NCBI GenBank assembly: GCA_965216065.1
Contig: CBDCFB010000002.1
Coordinates: 960,756-1,024,755, forward strand
Source: Dehalococcoidia bacterium
Lineage (GTDB): Bacteria > Chloroflexota > Dehalococcoidia > Lucifugimonadales > UBA3495
DNA: 64,000 bases
Direction of reading: 5' to 3'
Shown: positions 1 to 8,812 of the stretch, in pieces
Layout: each line of letters opens with the position of its first letter
How positions within the stretch are numbered: the first letter of the stretch is position 1
The notes under the pieces: model-generated
Seen by the model: only the letters and a program-made list of their open reading frames with translations
Database searches by the model: none
Told to the model about the DNA's origin: nothing
Translations under genes and position numbers: made by a program

Positions 1-1
1 C

Positions 2-1492
2 GACGGCTACAGCCGAGTCACCAACGGCGACAAGATGGGCGTGTTTGCCATGCAGTACGGGCCAGGAGCTGAGAACGCCTACTCGGGCGCGGCCACTGCC
101 TTCTCGGATTCGACGCCGATGTTGCTGCTTCCGCTCGGCCATCCACGTGACAGGCAGGGCGTTTTCCCGCTTTACAGCTCGTTGCAGAGCTACGCCTCGA
201 TCACGAAAAGCATTGAGCAGTTGAACACCCCTGACCGGACTTCAGAGGTGATGCGGCGGGCCTTCGCCGCCCTGCGGCAAGGGAGGCCAGGCCCGGTTGC
301 GGTCGAGATTCCTGCCGACATCGCCGTTGAAGAGGTGTCGGAGGAAGCATTCTATTATGTTCCGAGCCGCAGGACCGCTTCCCAGGGCGACCCCGGTGAT
401 GTCGAGGCGGCCGCCCGTGCGTTGTGCTCGGCAAGCAATCCGGTCATCCTGGCGGGCCAGGGCGTGATGTACGCCAAGGCTTCGGAGGAACTACAGGAAC
501 TGGCTGAACTGTTGCAGGTGCCGGTGACCACCACCCTTCTGGGAAAGAGCGCGTTCGACGAGACTCACCCCCTCGCCCTGGGCTCCGCCGCGCTGACCTC
601 CTCGTCGACCCTGGTGAACTTCATGCGGCGGGCCGACCTGGTCTTCGGAATCGGGACGAGCTTCACCCGCCACAACATGGTGATGACCATTCCGCCGGGA
701 AAGACGATGATCCACTCCACCAACGACCCCCGCGACATCAACAAGGACTACAACATCGACTATCCGATCGTCGGCGACGCCAAGCTGGTGCTCCGCCAGA
801 TGATCGATGCCTGCCGGGAGATCGTTGGCGACACGCGCAAGGGCAGCAACACCGCCGAGGAAGTGGCCAGGGAAAGGGATGCCTTCATCGAGGCGTGGAA
901 GCACAAGCTGACCGACGATTCCCGGCCAATCACCCCCTACCGCGTTATCTGGGACTTCATGCACACGGTTCCGCCGTCGGAGGCGATCATAACCCACGAC
1001 TCGGGAAGCCCCCGGGACCAGATTGTGCCCTTCTACCGGTCCAGTGGGCCGCGCACCTACCTGGGTTGGGGCAAGTCCCACGGCCTTGGCACCGGACTGG
1101 GGCTGGTCATCGGCGCCAAGCTGGCCGAGCCGGACAAGGTCTGCGTCAACTTCATGGGCGACGCGGCCTTCGGCATGGTGGGCCTGGACTTCGAAACAGC
1201 CGTACGGTCGAATATTCCCATCATCACCGTGGTGCTGAACAACTCCCACATGGCCGCCGAAGTCAACGCCATGGCCGACTCCCATCGGCTGTACAACACC
1301 CGGGACCTGGGTGGCAACTACGCGGACATGGGCCGCGCCATGGGAGGTTACGCGGAGCGCATCGAGGACCCCAACGAGATTTCAGCCGCGTTCACCCGAG
1401 CCCGGCGAGTGACTGAACAGGAGGGCCGCGCCGTCCTGCTGGAGTTCATCACCAGCATCGAAACGGAGGCCGCGCACCGGCGGGCTTTCTAG
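2..1492 (+). CDS. Thiamine-diphosphate-dependent enzyme (acetolactate synthase / sulfoacetaldehyde acetyltransferase-like); 5' end outside window
   Basis: Frame is open from base 2 (DGYSRVTNGDKMGVFAMQYGPGAENAYSG is typical of the TPP N-terminal domain). C-terminal TPP/Mg motif GDAAFGMVGLDFETAVRSNIPIITVVLNNS. Confidence 0.85.
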   Translation, partial: DGYSRVTNGDKMGVFAMQYGPGAENAYSGAATAFSDSTPMLLLPLGHPRDRQGVFPLYSSLQSYASITKSIEQLNTPDRTSEVMRRAFAALRQGRPGPVAVEIPADIAVEEVSEEAFYYVPSRRTASQGDPGDVEAAARALCSASNPVILAGQGVMYAKASEELQELAELLQVPVTTTLLGKSAFDETHPLALGSAALTSSSTLVNFMRRADLVFGIGTSFTRHNMVMTIPPGKTMIHSTNDPRDINKDYNIDYPIVGDAKLVLRQMIDACREIVGDTRKGSNTAEEVARERDAFIEAWKHKLTDDSRPITPYRVIWDFMHTVPPSEAIITHDSGSPRDQIVPFYRSSGPRTYLGWGKSHGLGTGLGLVIGAKLAEPDKVCVNFMGDAAFGMVGLDFETAVRSNIPIITVVLNNSHMAAEVNAMADSHRLYNTRDLGGNYADMGRAMGGYAERIEDPNEISAAFTRARRVTEQEGRAVLLEFITSIETEAAHRRAF

Positions 1493-1583
1493 CAGTCCAC
1501 TATCCGGCCACCCTCAGGGGCGCACAATCGTGCGCCCCTTCTATGCGATAGTCCTCCCTTGCGGAATTCAAGGAGATGAGAGA

Positions 1584-1943
1584 ATGGCGAGATCCAAGTA
1601 CCTGTTCGTTGCCAGCATGGATGTGGAACCGGCCAAGGAAGCGCTGTTCAACGAGGTGTACAACACAGAGCATTGCCCGGAGCTCGGGAATGTCAAGGGC
1701 GTGGGTGAAATCATCCGCTATGAAGCCGAAGCGTTCAAAGTCATGATCGGCGGTGAAGTGCGGACTATGTCCCCGGACGGACGGCCTCGCTTCCATGCCG
1801 TCTACGAAATCGACTCGCCCGAGGTGCTGACCTCCGCGGCCTGGGGGGAGGCGGTGGAACTGGGTCGCTGGCCGGAACAGGTGCGCCCCTATACCACCAA
1901 CCGGCAACACACTCTTTTGCGGCTGACCTACCCAGGGGAGTAA
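1584..1943 (+). CDS. Small hypothetical protein, possibly dimeric alpha/beta-barrel (EthD/DUF4286-like)
   Basis: ATG at 1584 preceded by AAGGAGA. The upstream part of ORF 1530-1943 has no RBS. The family call rests on size and hydrophobic pattern only. Confidence 0.5.
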   Translation: MARSKYLFVASMDVEPAKEALFNEVYNTEHCPELGNVKGVGEIIRYEAEAFKVMIGGEVRTMSPDGRPRFHAVYEIDSPEVLTSAAWGEAVELGRWPEQVRPYTTNRQHTLLRLTYPGE

Positions 1944-2022
1944 GCGTAGGGAACGCCCGGCCGCGCCGCGCTCCTGCCAACATGGGGCTGTAGGGGTATC
2001 GGAAATCAGGAGAAGACAGACT

Positions 2023-3213
2023 TTGGCTGTAGATCGCAAATCACCGGACGGTGCGGTGCCAGTGGATACCGACGGGCTCGTGGCCGCCGCCACGAGGCTG
2101 GCCGCCCAGTGCCTGGCCCCCAGAGCAGCATACTACGACGCAACTGCTACCCACCCAGTCGACAGCTGGCGCGATGTCTGGGAGCGCGGAATGCTGGCCA
2201 TGGGCATCCCCCGGAGGTTCGGGGGACTTGGTCTGGACATGCTCACCTACGTCAAGGTTGTGGAACAGCTGGCCACCGGATGCACGAACACGGGGATGAC
2301 CGTTCACATGCACTCAACGGTCACCAGGTCCATAGACGCCCTCTGCAGCGAGCAACAGAAAGAGTTCTATTTCCGCGAGGTAGTGGAGGAAGGCAGGCTC
2401 TTCGGCAGCTGGGGCAGCGAGCCGGAAACGCGGGGCGGCACGGCGATGCGCCTCACCACCATCGTCCCCCAGGACGGCGGTTATGTCATCGACGGAGTAA
2501 AGCACTTCTGCACCATGTCGGGGGGCGCTCACAGATACATGATCCACTGCAGCTCGGGCCTTGACGACCCGCTGGAGTCCCAGTGGCTGGCCCTGCTGCC
2601 ACACGACGCTGAGGGAATCGAACAGATCGGCGACTGGGACACCCTGGGCATGAGGGCCACGGTCAGCCCCGCCATGCGGCTGAACAATTGTTTCGTTGAC
2701 CCCGATGCGCCGCTGGGCCTCCCCGGCGACGCGCCGAGGTCCGGCGTGACGCAGGGATTCGGGCTGGGATTCGCCGCGGTGTACCTGGGCGCGGCACAAG
2801 CGGTCCTTGACTTTATCAAGGTGTTTGCCAGAACCGAGACCTTCGTGCCCGACCCGTCTCCCATAGCAGAAGGAATCGTGGTCCAGCGCACCGTCGCCGA
2901 AATGACCCTGGCGCTGGAGGGAGCGCGCAGGGTGCTGCACTCCGGCGCGTCGGTGTGGGCCGGGACCGACCCGGGGGAGAGGGCGGTGCTGGCCGCCCGC
3001 GCCAAGTACCTTGCCACGGTTGCATCGCTGGATGTGACATCCAAGGCCATCCAGATCGCCGGGGGACGCAGCGCTCACAAGCGCATGCCCTTGGAGCGGC
3101 TCTACCGCGACGTGCGGACATCCACCCTGATGCCGCCGAACCTGGACAGATGCCTCGAAATCGTGGGGCGAGCCGAGCTGGGACTGGACGCATCCCTCTA
3201 CCGGGATGTGTAG
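2023..3213 (+). CDS. Acyl-CoA dehydrogenase-family flavoprotein (type-2 C-terminal domain; could be an ACAD-like monooxygenase)
   Basis: TTG start with AGGAGA 9 nt upstream. ACAD N/M/C domain pattern (GIPRRFGGLGLD, GSWGSEPETRGG). The C-terminus RDVRTSTLMPPNLDR lacks the YEGT catalytic Glu motif. Confidence 0.75.
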   Translation: MAVDRKSPDGAVPVDTDGLVAAATRLAAQCLAPRAAYYDATATHPVDSWRDVWERGMLAMGIPRRFGGLGLDMLTYVKVVEQLATGCTNTGMTVHMHSTVTRSIDALCSEQQKEFYFREVVEEGRLFGSWGSEPETRGGTAMRLTTIVPQDGGYVIDGVKHFCTMSGGAHRYMIHCSSGLDDPLESQWLALLPHDAEGIEQIGDWDTLGMRATVSPAMRLNNCFVDPDAPLGLPGDAPRSGVTQGFGLGFAAVYLGAAQAVLDFIKVFARTETFVPDPSPIAEGIVVQRTVAEMTLALEGARRVLHSGASVWAGTDPGERAVLAARAKYLATVASLDVTSKAIQIAGGRSAHKRMPLERLYRDVRTSTLMPPNLDRCLEIVGRAELGLDASLYRDV

Positions 3214-3225
3214 GGCCGACGGCTG

Positions 3226-4443
3226 ATGTCGACACCAGCCGCATTGGAGGGCGTCACTGTCCTTGACCTGACCCACTGTATTGCCGGGCCCTACTGCACG
3301 AGGCTGCTGGCAGGGTTCGGGGCTGATGTCCTGAAGATCGAACCGCCCGGCGGAGAGCGGGGACGCCATATGGCTCCCTTCTACCAGGACGAACCAGCAC
3401 AAGATAACAGCCTTCCTTTCGCCTACCTGAACGCAGGAAAGCGCAGCGTCACCCTGAACCTGAAGTCCGAAGAAGGCCGGGAAATCCTGATGTCGCTGCT
3501 CCCGGAAACCGACGTGCTGGTGGAGAACTTCGCCCCTCGAGTGATGCCATCCCTTGGGCTGGGCTACGAGGCTCTGCGGGAGATTGCGCCGCACCTGGTC
3601 ATGGTCTCCATCTCCAACTTCGGGCAGACCGGCCCGTACCGCGACTACAAGGCCGCAGACATCGTCGAATACGCCCTGGGCGGTCTGATGTACATCTTCG
3701 GGGCCTACGACCGTGAGCCGCTGAAGCACGCGTTCAACCAGGCGCAATTCAAGGCGGGCACGGACGCTGCGTCGGCCACCCTGATGGCCCTGTACCACCA
3801 GCGCATGTCCGGCGGCCGTTCCGGCGGGGTCGGACAGCACGTCGATGTGTCGATTCAGGAAGCGGTTGCCTCGGGGCTCCGGGATGTGGTCAACAACTAC
3901 ACCTATACGGGCGCCATCAGACGGCGTCAGCCGAACCACAGCGGAGACATGCAGAGGCTGCGAGCCACCTCCGACGGCTACCTGCTGCCCAACCCGGGGC
4001 TTGGCGGCGGCCTGAACTGGGACTCCTTCGTTGAGTTCCTCGACCTGCCTGAGCTTGACGATGACCGGTTCCGGACGCCGACAGCACGGCTGGTGAACGC
4101 CGAGGAGCTGGGACGCATTCTCGACGAGTATTTCATCCGCCAGAACAGGTACGAGAGGTTTTACGGCTCTCACGAGCGGAGATTCATCTTCGGTGTGATT
4201 CAGTCGCCGGAAGAGGCCATGAACGACCCTCAGTTTGCCCACCGCGGATATTTTGAGGAACAACAGCATCCAGCGATGGGGGCACTCATCTTTCCCGGGG
4301 CTCCGGTCATCCTGGAGTCCACGCCATGGGAGACCGGTGTGCCCTCTCCCGCAGCCGGTCAGCACAACGAGGAAGTGCTTGGAGGACGGTTGGGTTTCTC
4401 GAAGGCTGAGCAGGCCGAACTCCGCTCGCAGGGGGCAATCTAG
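3226..4443 (+). CDS. Family III CoA-transferase (CaiB/BaiF family), first of pair
   Basis: N-terminal LEGVTVLDLTHCIAGPYCTRLLAGFGADVLKIEPPGG is the hallmark family-III Rossmann start. 405 aa. Confidence 0.9.
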   Translation: MSTPAALEGVTVLDLTHCIAGPYCTRLLAGFGADVLKIEPPGGERGRHMAPFYQDEPAQDNSLPFAYLNAGKRSVTLNLKSEEGREILMSLLPETDVLVENFAPRVMPSLGLGYEALREIAPHLVMVSISNFGQTGPYRDYKAADIVEYALGGLMYIFGAYDREPLKHAFNQAQFKAGTDAASATLMALYHQRMSGGRSGGVGQHVDVSIQEAVASGLRDVVNNYTYTGAIRRRQPNHSGDMQRLRATSDGYLLPNPGLGGGLNWDSFVEFLDLPELDDDRFRTPTARLVNAEELGRILDEYFIRQNRYERFYGSHERRFIFGVIQSPEEAMNDPQFAHRGYFEEQQHPAMGALIFPGAPVILESTPWETGVPSPAAGQHNEEVLGGRLGFSKAEQAELRSQGAI

Positions 4444-4445
4444 AA

Positions 4446-5840
4446 ATGGCCATGGAATCCAAAGCCGGCGCCGCTTCGGCACCGCGTGGGCCACTTCAGG
4501 GTGTCCGGATAGTGGAGATGGGGCAGCTCATCGCAATCCCGTTCGCGATGAAGCTGCTGGCAGACATGGGGGCGCAGGTCATCCGGCTGGAGTCCACGCG
4601 TCGCCTCGAGAGCTACCGCAGCGACTCGGTCTATCAGAACGAGATTCACGGTGAGTTCTGGAATCGCGGAGCCAACTTCTACGAGCAGAACCGCAACAAG
4701 CTCGGCATCACCCTCGACCTGGGCCGGCCCGAGGGGGTGGAACTCCTACGGCGGCTAATCTCCGTCAGCGATGTTTTTGCCGAGAATTTCACGCCAAGGG
4801 TGATACGGAACTTTGGGCTGGAATACCAGGACCTGCGAAGGACAAAGCCCGACATCATCATGGTGTCGTCGACTGGCTACGGGTTTGACGGACCGTGGGC
4901 AAACTTCGGGGCCACCGGTCCCGCCACAGAAGGTGCTTCGGGACTGGCGTACACCACGGGGTACGAAGGTGGGCCTCCCGTGATGGCCGAGATCCCCTAT
5001 GTGGACTATACGGCCGGAGAGCACACGGTATTTGCCGTGATGACCGCCCTGATGCACCGGCTGCGAACGGGGCAGGGCCAATTCATAGATGTGTCGCAGA
5101 CCCAGACTGCCGCCGCCACCATCCCTGAGGCGCTGCTGGACTTCGCCGCGAATGGACGCGATCCCACCCGCATCGGGAACTCGGACCCTGTAATGGCCCC
5201 TCACGGCTGCTACCCCTGCGCTGGCGAAGACCGCTGGATCGTGATTGCGGTCTCAGAGGACAGCGAATGGGGATGGCTGTGCCACGCGATGGGCCTTGAC
5301 GACTGGGCTGAGGACCAGCGGTTTTCGACAAGCATTGGACGCCGGAAGCACAGCGAGGAGTTGGACAGACTTCTAGCAGAGGCCACGGCTGGATGGGACT
5401 CGTACCGGCTGATGGAGGCGTTGCAGTCGGCCGGGGTACCGGCTGGGGCAGTGTTGGACAGCAAGGACCTTTTGTTCAACCCGCACCTCCGGGAGCGGGG
5501 CTTCTACGAGGTTGTGAGGCACCATCCCAGCACTGAAATGCCGCCGCTTCCCTATGCCGGCCGCCCCTGGAAGTTTTCGGAGACGCCAGCAGTCCCACCA
5601 GAGGCGGCTCCCCTGATGGGTGAACACAATGATTGGGTGCTCCGGGAGATGCTTGGCCTGCCGAAGGAAGAGGTCGCGGGACTGGAGGAGGCGGGTGTAA
5701 TCGGCTACTCCCCGGACGATCCCCGCCCAGTACAACGCCCGCCGCTGGACGAACAGGTCAGGCAAGGCCGGATGTTGAGATACGAAGCGGATTTCCGGGA
5801 ACAGGTGGCCCGAGCCTTCCCGCCACCCGAAGGCCTTTAG
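4446..5840 (+). CDS. Family III CoA-transferase (CaiB/BaiF family), second of pair
   Basis: LQGVRIVEMGQLIAIPFAMKLLADMGAQVIRLES. PYVDYTAGEH region with Asp at the CaiB/Frc catalytic spacing. Starts 2 nt after the upstream stop. Confidence 0.9.
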   Translation: MAMESKAGAASAPRGPLQGVRIVEMGQLIAIPFAMKLLADMGAQVIRLESTRRLESYRSDSVYQNEIHGEFWNRGANFYEQNRNKLGITLDLGRPEGVELLRRLISVSDVFAENFTPRVIRNFGLEYQDLRRTKPDIIMVSSTGYGFDGPWANFGATGPATEGASGLAYTTGYEGGPPVMAEIPYVDYTAGEHTVFAVMTALMHRLRTGQGQFIDVSQTQTAAATIPEALLDFAANGRDPTRIGNSDPVMAPHGCYPCAGEDRWIVIAVSEDSEWGWLCHAMGLDDWAEDQRFSTSIGRRKHSEELDRLLAEATAGWDSYRLMEALQSAGVPAGAVLDSKDLLFNPHLRERGFYEVVRHHPSTEMPPLPYAGRPWKFSETPAVPPEAAPLMGEHNDWVLREMLGLPKEEVAGLEEAGVIGYSPDDPRPVQRPPLDEQVRQGRMLRYEADFREQVARAFPPPEGL

Positions 5841-5895
5841 GTTCGCTGCCAGACCCCCGGATAGGAAGAGCCTGGCAACCGGCATTGATCGAAGG

Positions 5896-5920
5896 GTACT
5901 AGCACTATAACGACGGGTTA
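5896..5920 (+). repeat. Copy 1 of 20-25 nt motif GTACTAG.A.TA(C)AACGACGG, probable left terminal repeat of the IS701-like element
   Basis: GTACTAGCACTATAACGACGGGTTA lies 40 nt upstream of the transposase-fragment ATG. The same motif recurs at 6577, 6711(rc), 6841 and 6981(rc). Confidence 0.55.
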
Positions 5921-5960
5921 TCTGGTGGGATAGTTGGCCAGATGATGGTGGCCGGTTCGG

Positions 5961-6318
5961 GTGATGGATGCGGTGAACTTCGAGCGGGTCTACGACGGCT
6001 TTCAGCAATCTTATGCGTTCTTCGCCCCTGCTATTGGCAGCAAGCGGTGGCGGGAGCGCAGCCGGAGCTATCTCCAGGCCCTGCTGGTGCAGGTCGGGGA
6101 GCGGCGCAACGTCGAGAATGTCTCCGAGTCCGTGGGCATTTTTGCCCGGGTGATGTAGCGCTTTCTTACAGAGGCCCGCTGGGACGTCGCCGCTGTCATA
6201 GAGCGGCTGAAGGAGCGCCTGGCCCTCAGGCTGGGGCATCCCGAGGCGGTGTGGGTGTTCGACGGCAGCGACTTCCCCAAGCTGGGCAGGAAATCGGAGG
6301 GAGTGGCCCGGCGGTAAT
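5961..6318 (+). pseudogene. IS701-family transposase, N-terminal fragment with two in-frame stops
   Basis: Reads ...FAPAIGSKRWRERSRSYLQALLVQVGERRNVENVSE...ARVM*RFLTEARWDVAAVIERLKERLALRLGHPEAVWVFDGSDFPKLGRKSEGVARR*CGRLG. This is the typical IS701 N-terminus (F/L-S-x-S-x-WD, VDETGF.K.G..SVGVARQYCG). Stops at 6157 (TAG) and 6316 (TAA). Truncated at about 6325. Confidence 0.7.
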
Positions 6319-6321
6319 GCG

Positions 6322-6505
6322 GCAGGCTGGGCGGCACGCTGTCCCTGCCGTTGTCGGAGCAGTAGAACACGGCGAAATCTACGTCCCGGAACAACCGGCC
6401 CCGCAGCGATGCCATCAGACCGTAGAAGGTGTCCTTGCCCACGTGGTCCATATACAACTGGTCCGCTTCCCAGAGACCCCTCTGGTCCGAACGCTCTCCC
6501 AGCAT
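6322..6505 (-). pseudogene. IS5/IS1182-family transposase, N-terminal (DUF772-type) fragment
   Basis: MLGERSDQRGLWEADQLYMDHVGKDTFYGLMASLRGRLFRDVDFAVFYCSDNGRDSVPPSL matches the conserved N-terminal transposase domain. Similarity ends where it abuts the IS701 fragment. Confidence 0.65.
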
Positions 6506-6576
6506 TCTCAGCCCTCGCTACGCTTGTTGACCCCAAGTATAGTCGCTACCCGGCTGACGCCACTTTCCGGCCAGAC

Positions 6577-6734
6577 TTCTAGTATTACAACGACGGATTG
6601 GTGAATAAGATGGCTGACGGTTCTTGTCCAGCTACGAATCAGTGATCGTGGAAAGATCGCAGCGGTGCTGTGGCAGGTTAAATTTCCTCGCAGGAAGAAC
6701 CTCGTCAGTTAATCCGTCGTTGTAGTACTAGTAC
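6577..6734. mobile_element. MITE-like mini-element bounded by inverted copies of the GTACTAG..TACAACGACGG motif
   Basis: TTCTAGTATTACAACGACGGATT (6577-6599) and its reverse complement AATCCGTCGTTGTAGTACTAGTAC (6711-6734) flank a ~110-bp non-coding core. Confidence 0.45.
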
Positions 6735-6840
6735 TCTGTCACGTTTGAAATGGCAGGATAAATATCACGGGTGACAGTCAGTCCCACATTCGGCTCACAA
6801 AAACTTGCTTCTCAGCAACTGTCATTCCTGGCGTGACTGA

Positions 6841-7001
6841 GTACTAGCATTACAACGACACTTCCACAATTTGGCCGGTTTTTGGTCGGTCATCTCCCCG
6901 TGGAAGGCAAGGCGACAAAGCTGTCAAGCGTGTGGGAAAGTCGCCTTGAGGTGGTGCTCAAGGTCCCTTTCTGGCGAAGCGCCGTTGTAATTCTAGGGTA
7001 C
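6841..7001. mobile_element. Second MITE-like mini-element with the same inverted terminal motif but a different core
   Basis: GTACTAGCATTACAACGACA (6841-6860) and GCCGTTGTAATTCTAGGGTAC (6981-7001, rc). The right end supplies the stop codon of ORF 6993-7856. Confidence 0.4.
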
Positions 7002-7856
7002 GTCCCAATCCTCGTTGGAATCGAGAATATTGCTGGCACTGCGGGCGCGCACTAGTATTCCGATGGCCCGCCACACAATTTCGAAGTCTTCTACGTCCAA
7101 CTGCCCAATTTCTTCCAGGGTGAACGTGATGGTGTTGACCGGAGCCGACGGTATGGCTCTCTGTGAAGCTGCATGGCCAGGGATCACGGAAGATTGGGCG
7201 GCGTCTAAGGAATGGGACCCCATGCTTCCCGTATCGTCGAATGCGCCGTTGGCTCCGTCCGAAACTGCCAAGTAGGTGCCGTCGCCTTGGTGCTTGAGGA
7301 GATGGGCGTCCCGCGCCGAGTCCAGCAACATCCGCTCAGCCTGCTGTACCCTGGCATGCTCCACATGGAACTCACGCTCGAGCACGTTTCGCAAGGTCTG
7401 ACTGTCAGGCAGCCGCTGTCCTCGATAGCGTTCCGACACTGCCTGAAAAAGCGGAATAGCCATAAACGACTGCCTGTATCCGCGCTGCGCGTCCTCGCCG
7501 CTGGTCGGCTTCAGGATGGCCTTGGCGACAGGAGTGGTGCCCAGGGTGTCGCCCTGCTTGACGACGAGCTGGAATTGGCGAGCGGCGAGACTCTTCAGCC
7601 GGAAACCGCTGCTCTTCACAGACAGGCCCAAGTTAACCGCCAACGTTTCCTCTGAGAGGGTACCTCCTCCGCTCTCCTCTACCCTGCGGGCAATGTCGAG
7701 GGCGGTGGTGAAGCCATAGGCAGGAAACAGGTACACGGAACGCTGCCGCGCCTTTCTGCCAGTTGAACCCCTGTTCTGCGCAGAGCCATTGGAAGCGGAA
7801 TCAAGGGGCCTTGAGCCGATGCCGTCGTCGCCGGGATTGTTTTGCTCAGTGGTCAT
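6993..7856 (-). CDS. Hypothetical protein (disordered N-terminus, probable winged-helix-like core), C-terminus probably truncated by repeat insertion
   Basis: 287-aa ORF with no family recognised. Followed upstream by a visibly AT-rich promoter-like region (7857-8030). The last codons GTA CCC TAG lie inside the terminal-repeat motif. Confidence 0.55.
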   Translation of the reverse strand: MTTEQNNPGDDGIGSRPLDSASNGSAQNRGSTGRKARQRSVYLFPAYGFTTALDIARRVEESGGGTLSEETLAVNLGLSVKSSGFRLKSLAARQFQLVVKQGDTLGTTPVAKAILKPTSGEDAQRGYRQSFMAIPLFQAVSERYRGQRLPDSQTLRNVLEREFHVEHARVQQAERMLLDSARDAHLLKHQGDGTYLAVSDGANGAFDDTGSMGSHSLDAAQSSVIPGHAASQRAIPSAPVNTITFTLEEIGQLDVEDFEIVWRAIGILVRARSASNILDSNEDWDVP

Positions 7857-8011
7857 TGGACAATCTGGTTAAGGGCCGTTGATGTTAAACAGATGATTAT
7901 CTAGTTAACCAAAATAGCACGATATTTATGTAAATTACAAGTGTGAAACGAACAACTTCCTAAATCTATCGGCAAATTAGCCTTTTTCTTTCCGATATCA
8001 GTCGGAAAAAT

Positions 8012-8065
8012 TAAATACCGGAAAAGGATCAGCCCGAGGCCCGGATACGGACCGGGCCCCGGGCT
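8012..8065 (-). terminator. Candidate rho-independent terminator downstream of leuD
   Basis: GC-rich hairpin AGCCCGAGGCCCGG / CCGGGCCCCGGGCT (8031-8065), followed on the minus strand by a T-rich tract (CTTTTCCGGTATTTAATTTTT). Confidence 0.45.
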
Positions 8066-8095
8066 CGTGGTAACTAACTTTTCGGACGCCTGAGG

Positions 8096-8689
8096 TCAGA
8101 GTCCGCGGCCGGCCTCGTAGGCGGTGATCTTGTCCTCCAATTGCAGCGTGAGCCCGATATCGTCGAGGCCGTTCAGCATATTGTGGCGACGGGCGGGGTC
8201 AACCTCAAACGGGAACGAGATCTCTTCGTCCTCGTCCCACACGCGCTGCCCTTCCAGGTCAACGGTCAGGTTCACTCCCGGCTTGGAAGTGGCCTTGTCC
8301 ATGATGGCCTGTACATTTTCCTCGGACATGCGGAGGGGCAAGACGCCGTTCTTGAAGCAGTTATTGTAAAAGATGTCCGCGAAGCTGGGGGCGATGATGC
8401 AGCGGATTCCGTAGTCACGCAAAGCCCAGGGGGCGTGTTCCCGGGATGAGCCGCACCCGAAATTGTGACCGGCAACTATTACGCTGGCGTTCTGGTAGGA
8501 AGGTTGATTCAACACAAAGTCGCTCTTGGGGCTGCCATCCTCGTTGAAGCGCCACGAGAAGAACAGGCAGTCCTCGAAGCCGGAACGCTCTATACGCTTG
8601 AGAAAGACTGCCGGGATGATCTGATCGGTGTCGATATTCACCCTGTCCAGCGGCGCTACCACGCCGGTCAATTTTACGAAGGGGTCCAT
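8096..8689 (-). CDS. leuD: 3-isopropylmalate dehydratase small subunit
   Basis: 197 aa. Contains [40 protein letters not shown] and [12 protein letters not shown], all diagnostic of LeuD. Lies immediately downstream of leuC. Confidence 0.95.
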   Translation of the reverse strand: MDPFVKLTGVVAPLDRVNIDTDQIIPAVFLKRIERSGFEDCLFFSWRFNEDGSPKSDFVLNQPSYQNASVIVAGHNFGCGSSREHAPWALRDYGIRCIIAPSFADIFYNNCFKNGVLPLRMSEENVQAIMDKATSKPGVNLTVDLEGQRVWDEDEEISFPFEVDPARRHNMLNGLDDIGLTLQLEDKITAYEAGRGL

Positions 8690-8812
8690 AGAGTCCTCCC
8701 TGTCAGCAATCGCTTTCTGGCGGCAATTGCCGAGTAGTTATGGGTATCAGTGGCGCCAGAAGTCTGATTCGCCAGTACACGCAGTCAGGTGTCGAAGGCC
8801 CCCGGATTACAC

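Noticed and set aside
2314-4494. Very long antisense ORFs: 2314-4494(-), 17682-19475(-), 27205-28662(-), 28828-31068(+), 5373-6536(-) and 51145-52242(-).
   Set aside because: They overlap strongly supported genes on the opposite strand. Their composition is Arg/Gly/Pro/Ala-rich and low-complexity, and they match no family. This is typical of high-GC shadow ORFs.
5942-6604. 220-aa ORF spanning the IS fragments.
   Set aside because: It is out of frame with both recognisable transposase fragments and has low-complexity Arg/Gly/Ala-rich composition. It is a by-product of the pseudogene region.
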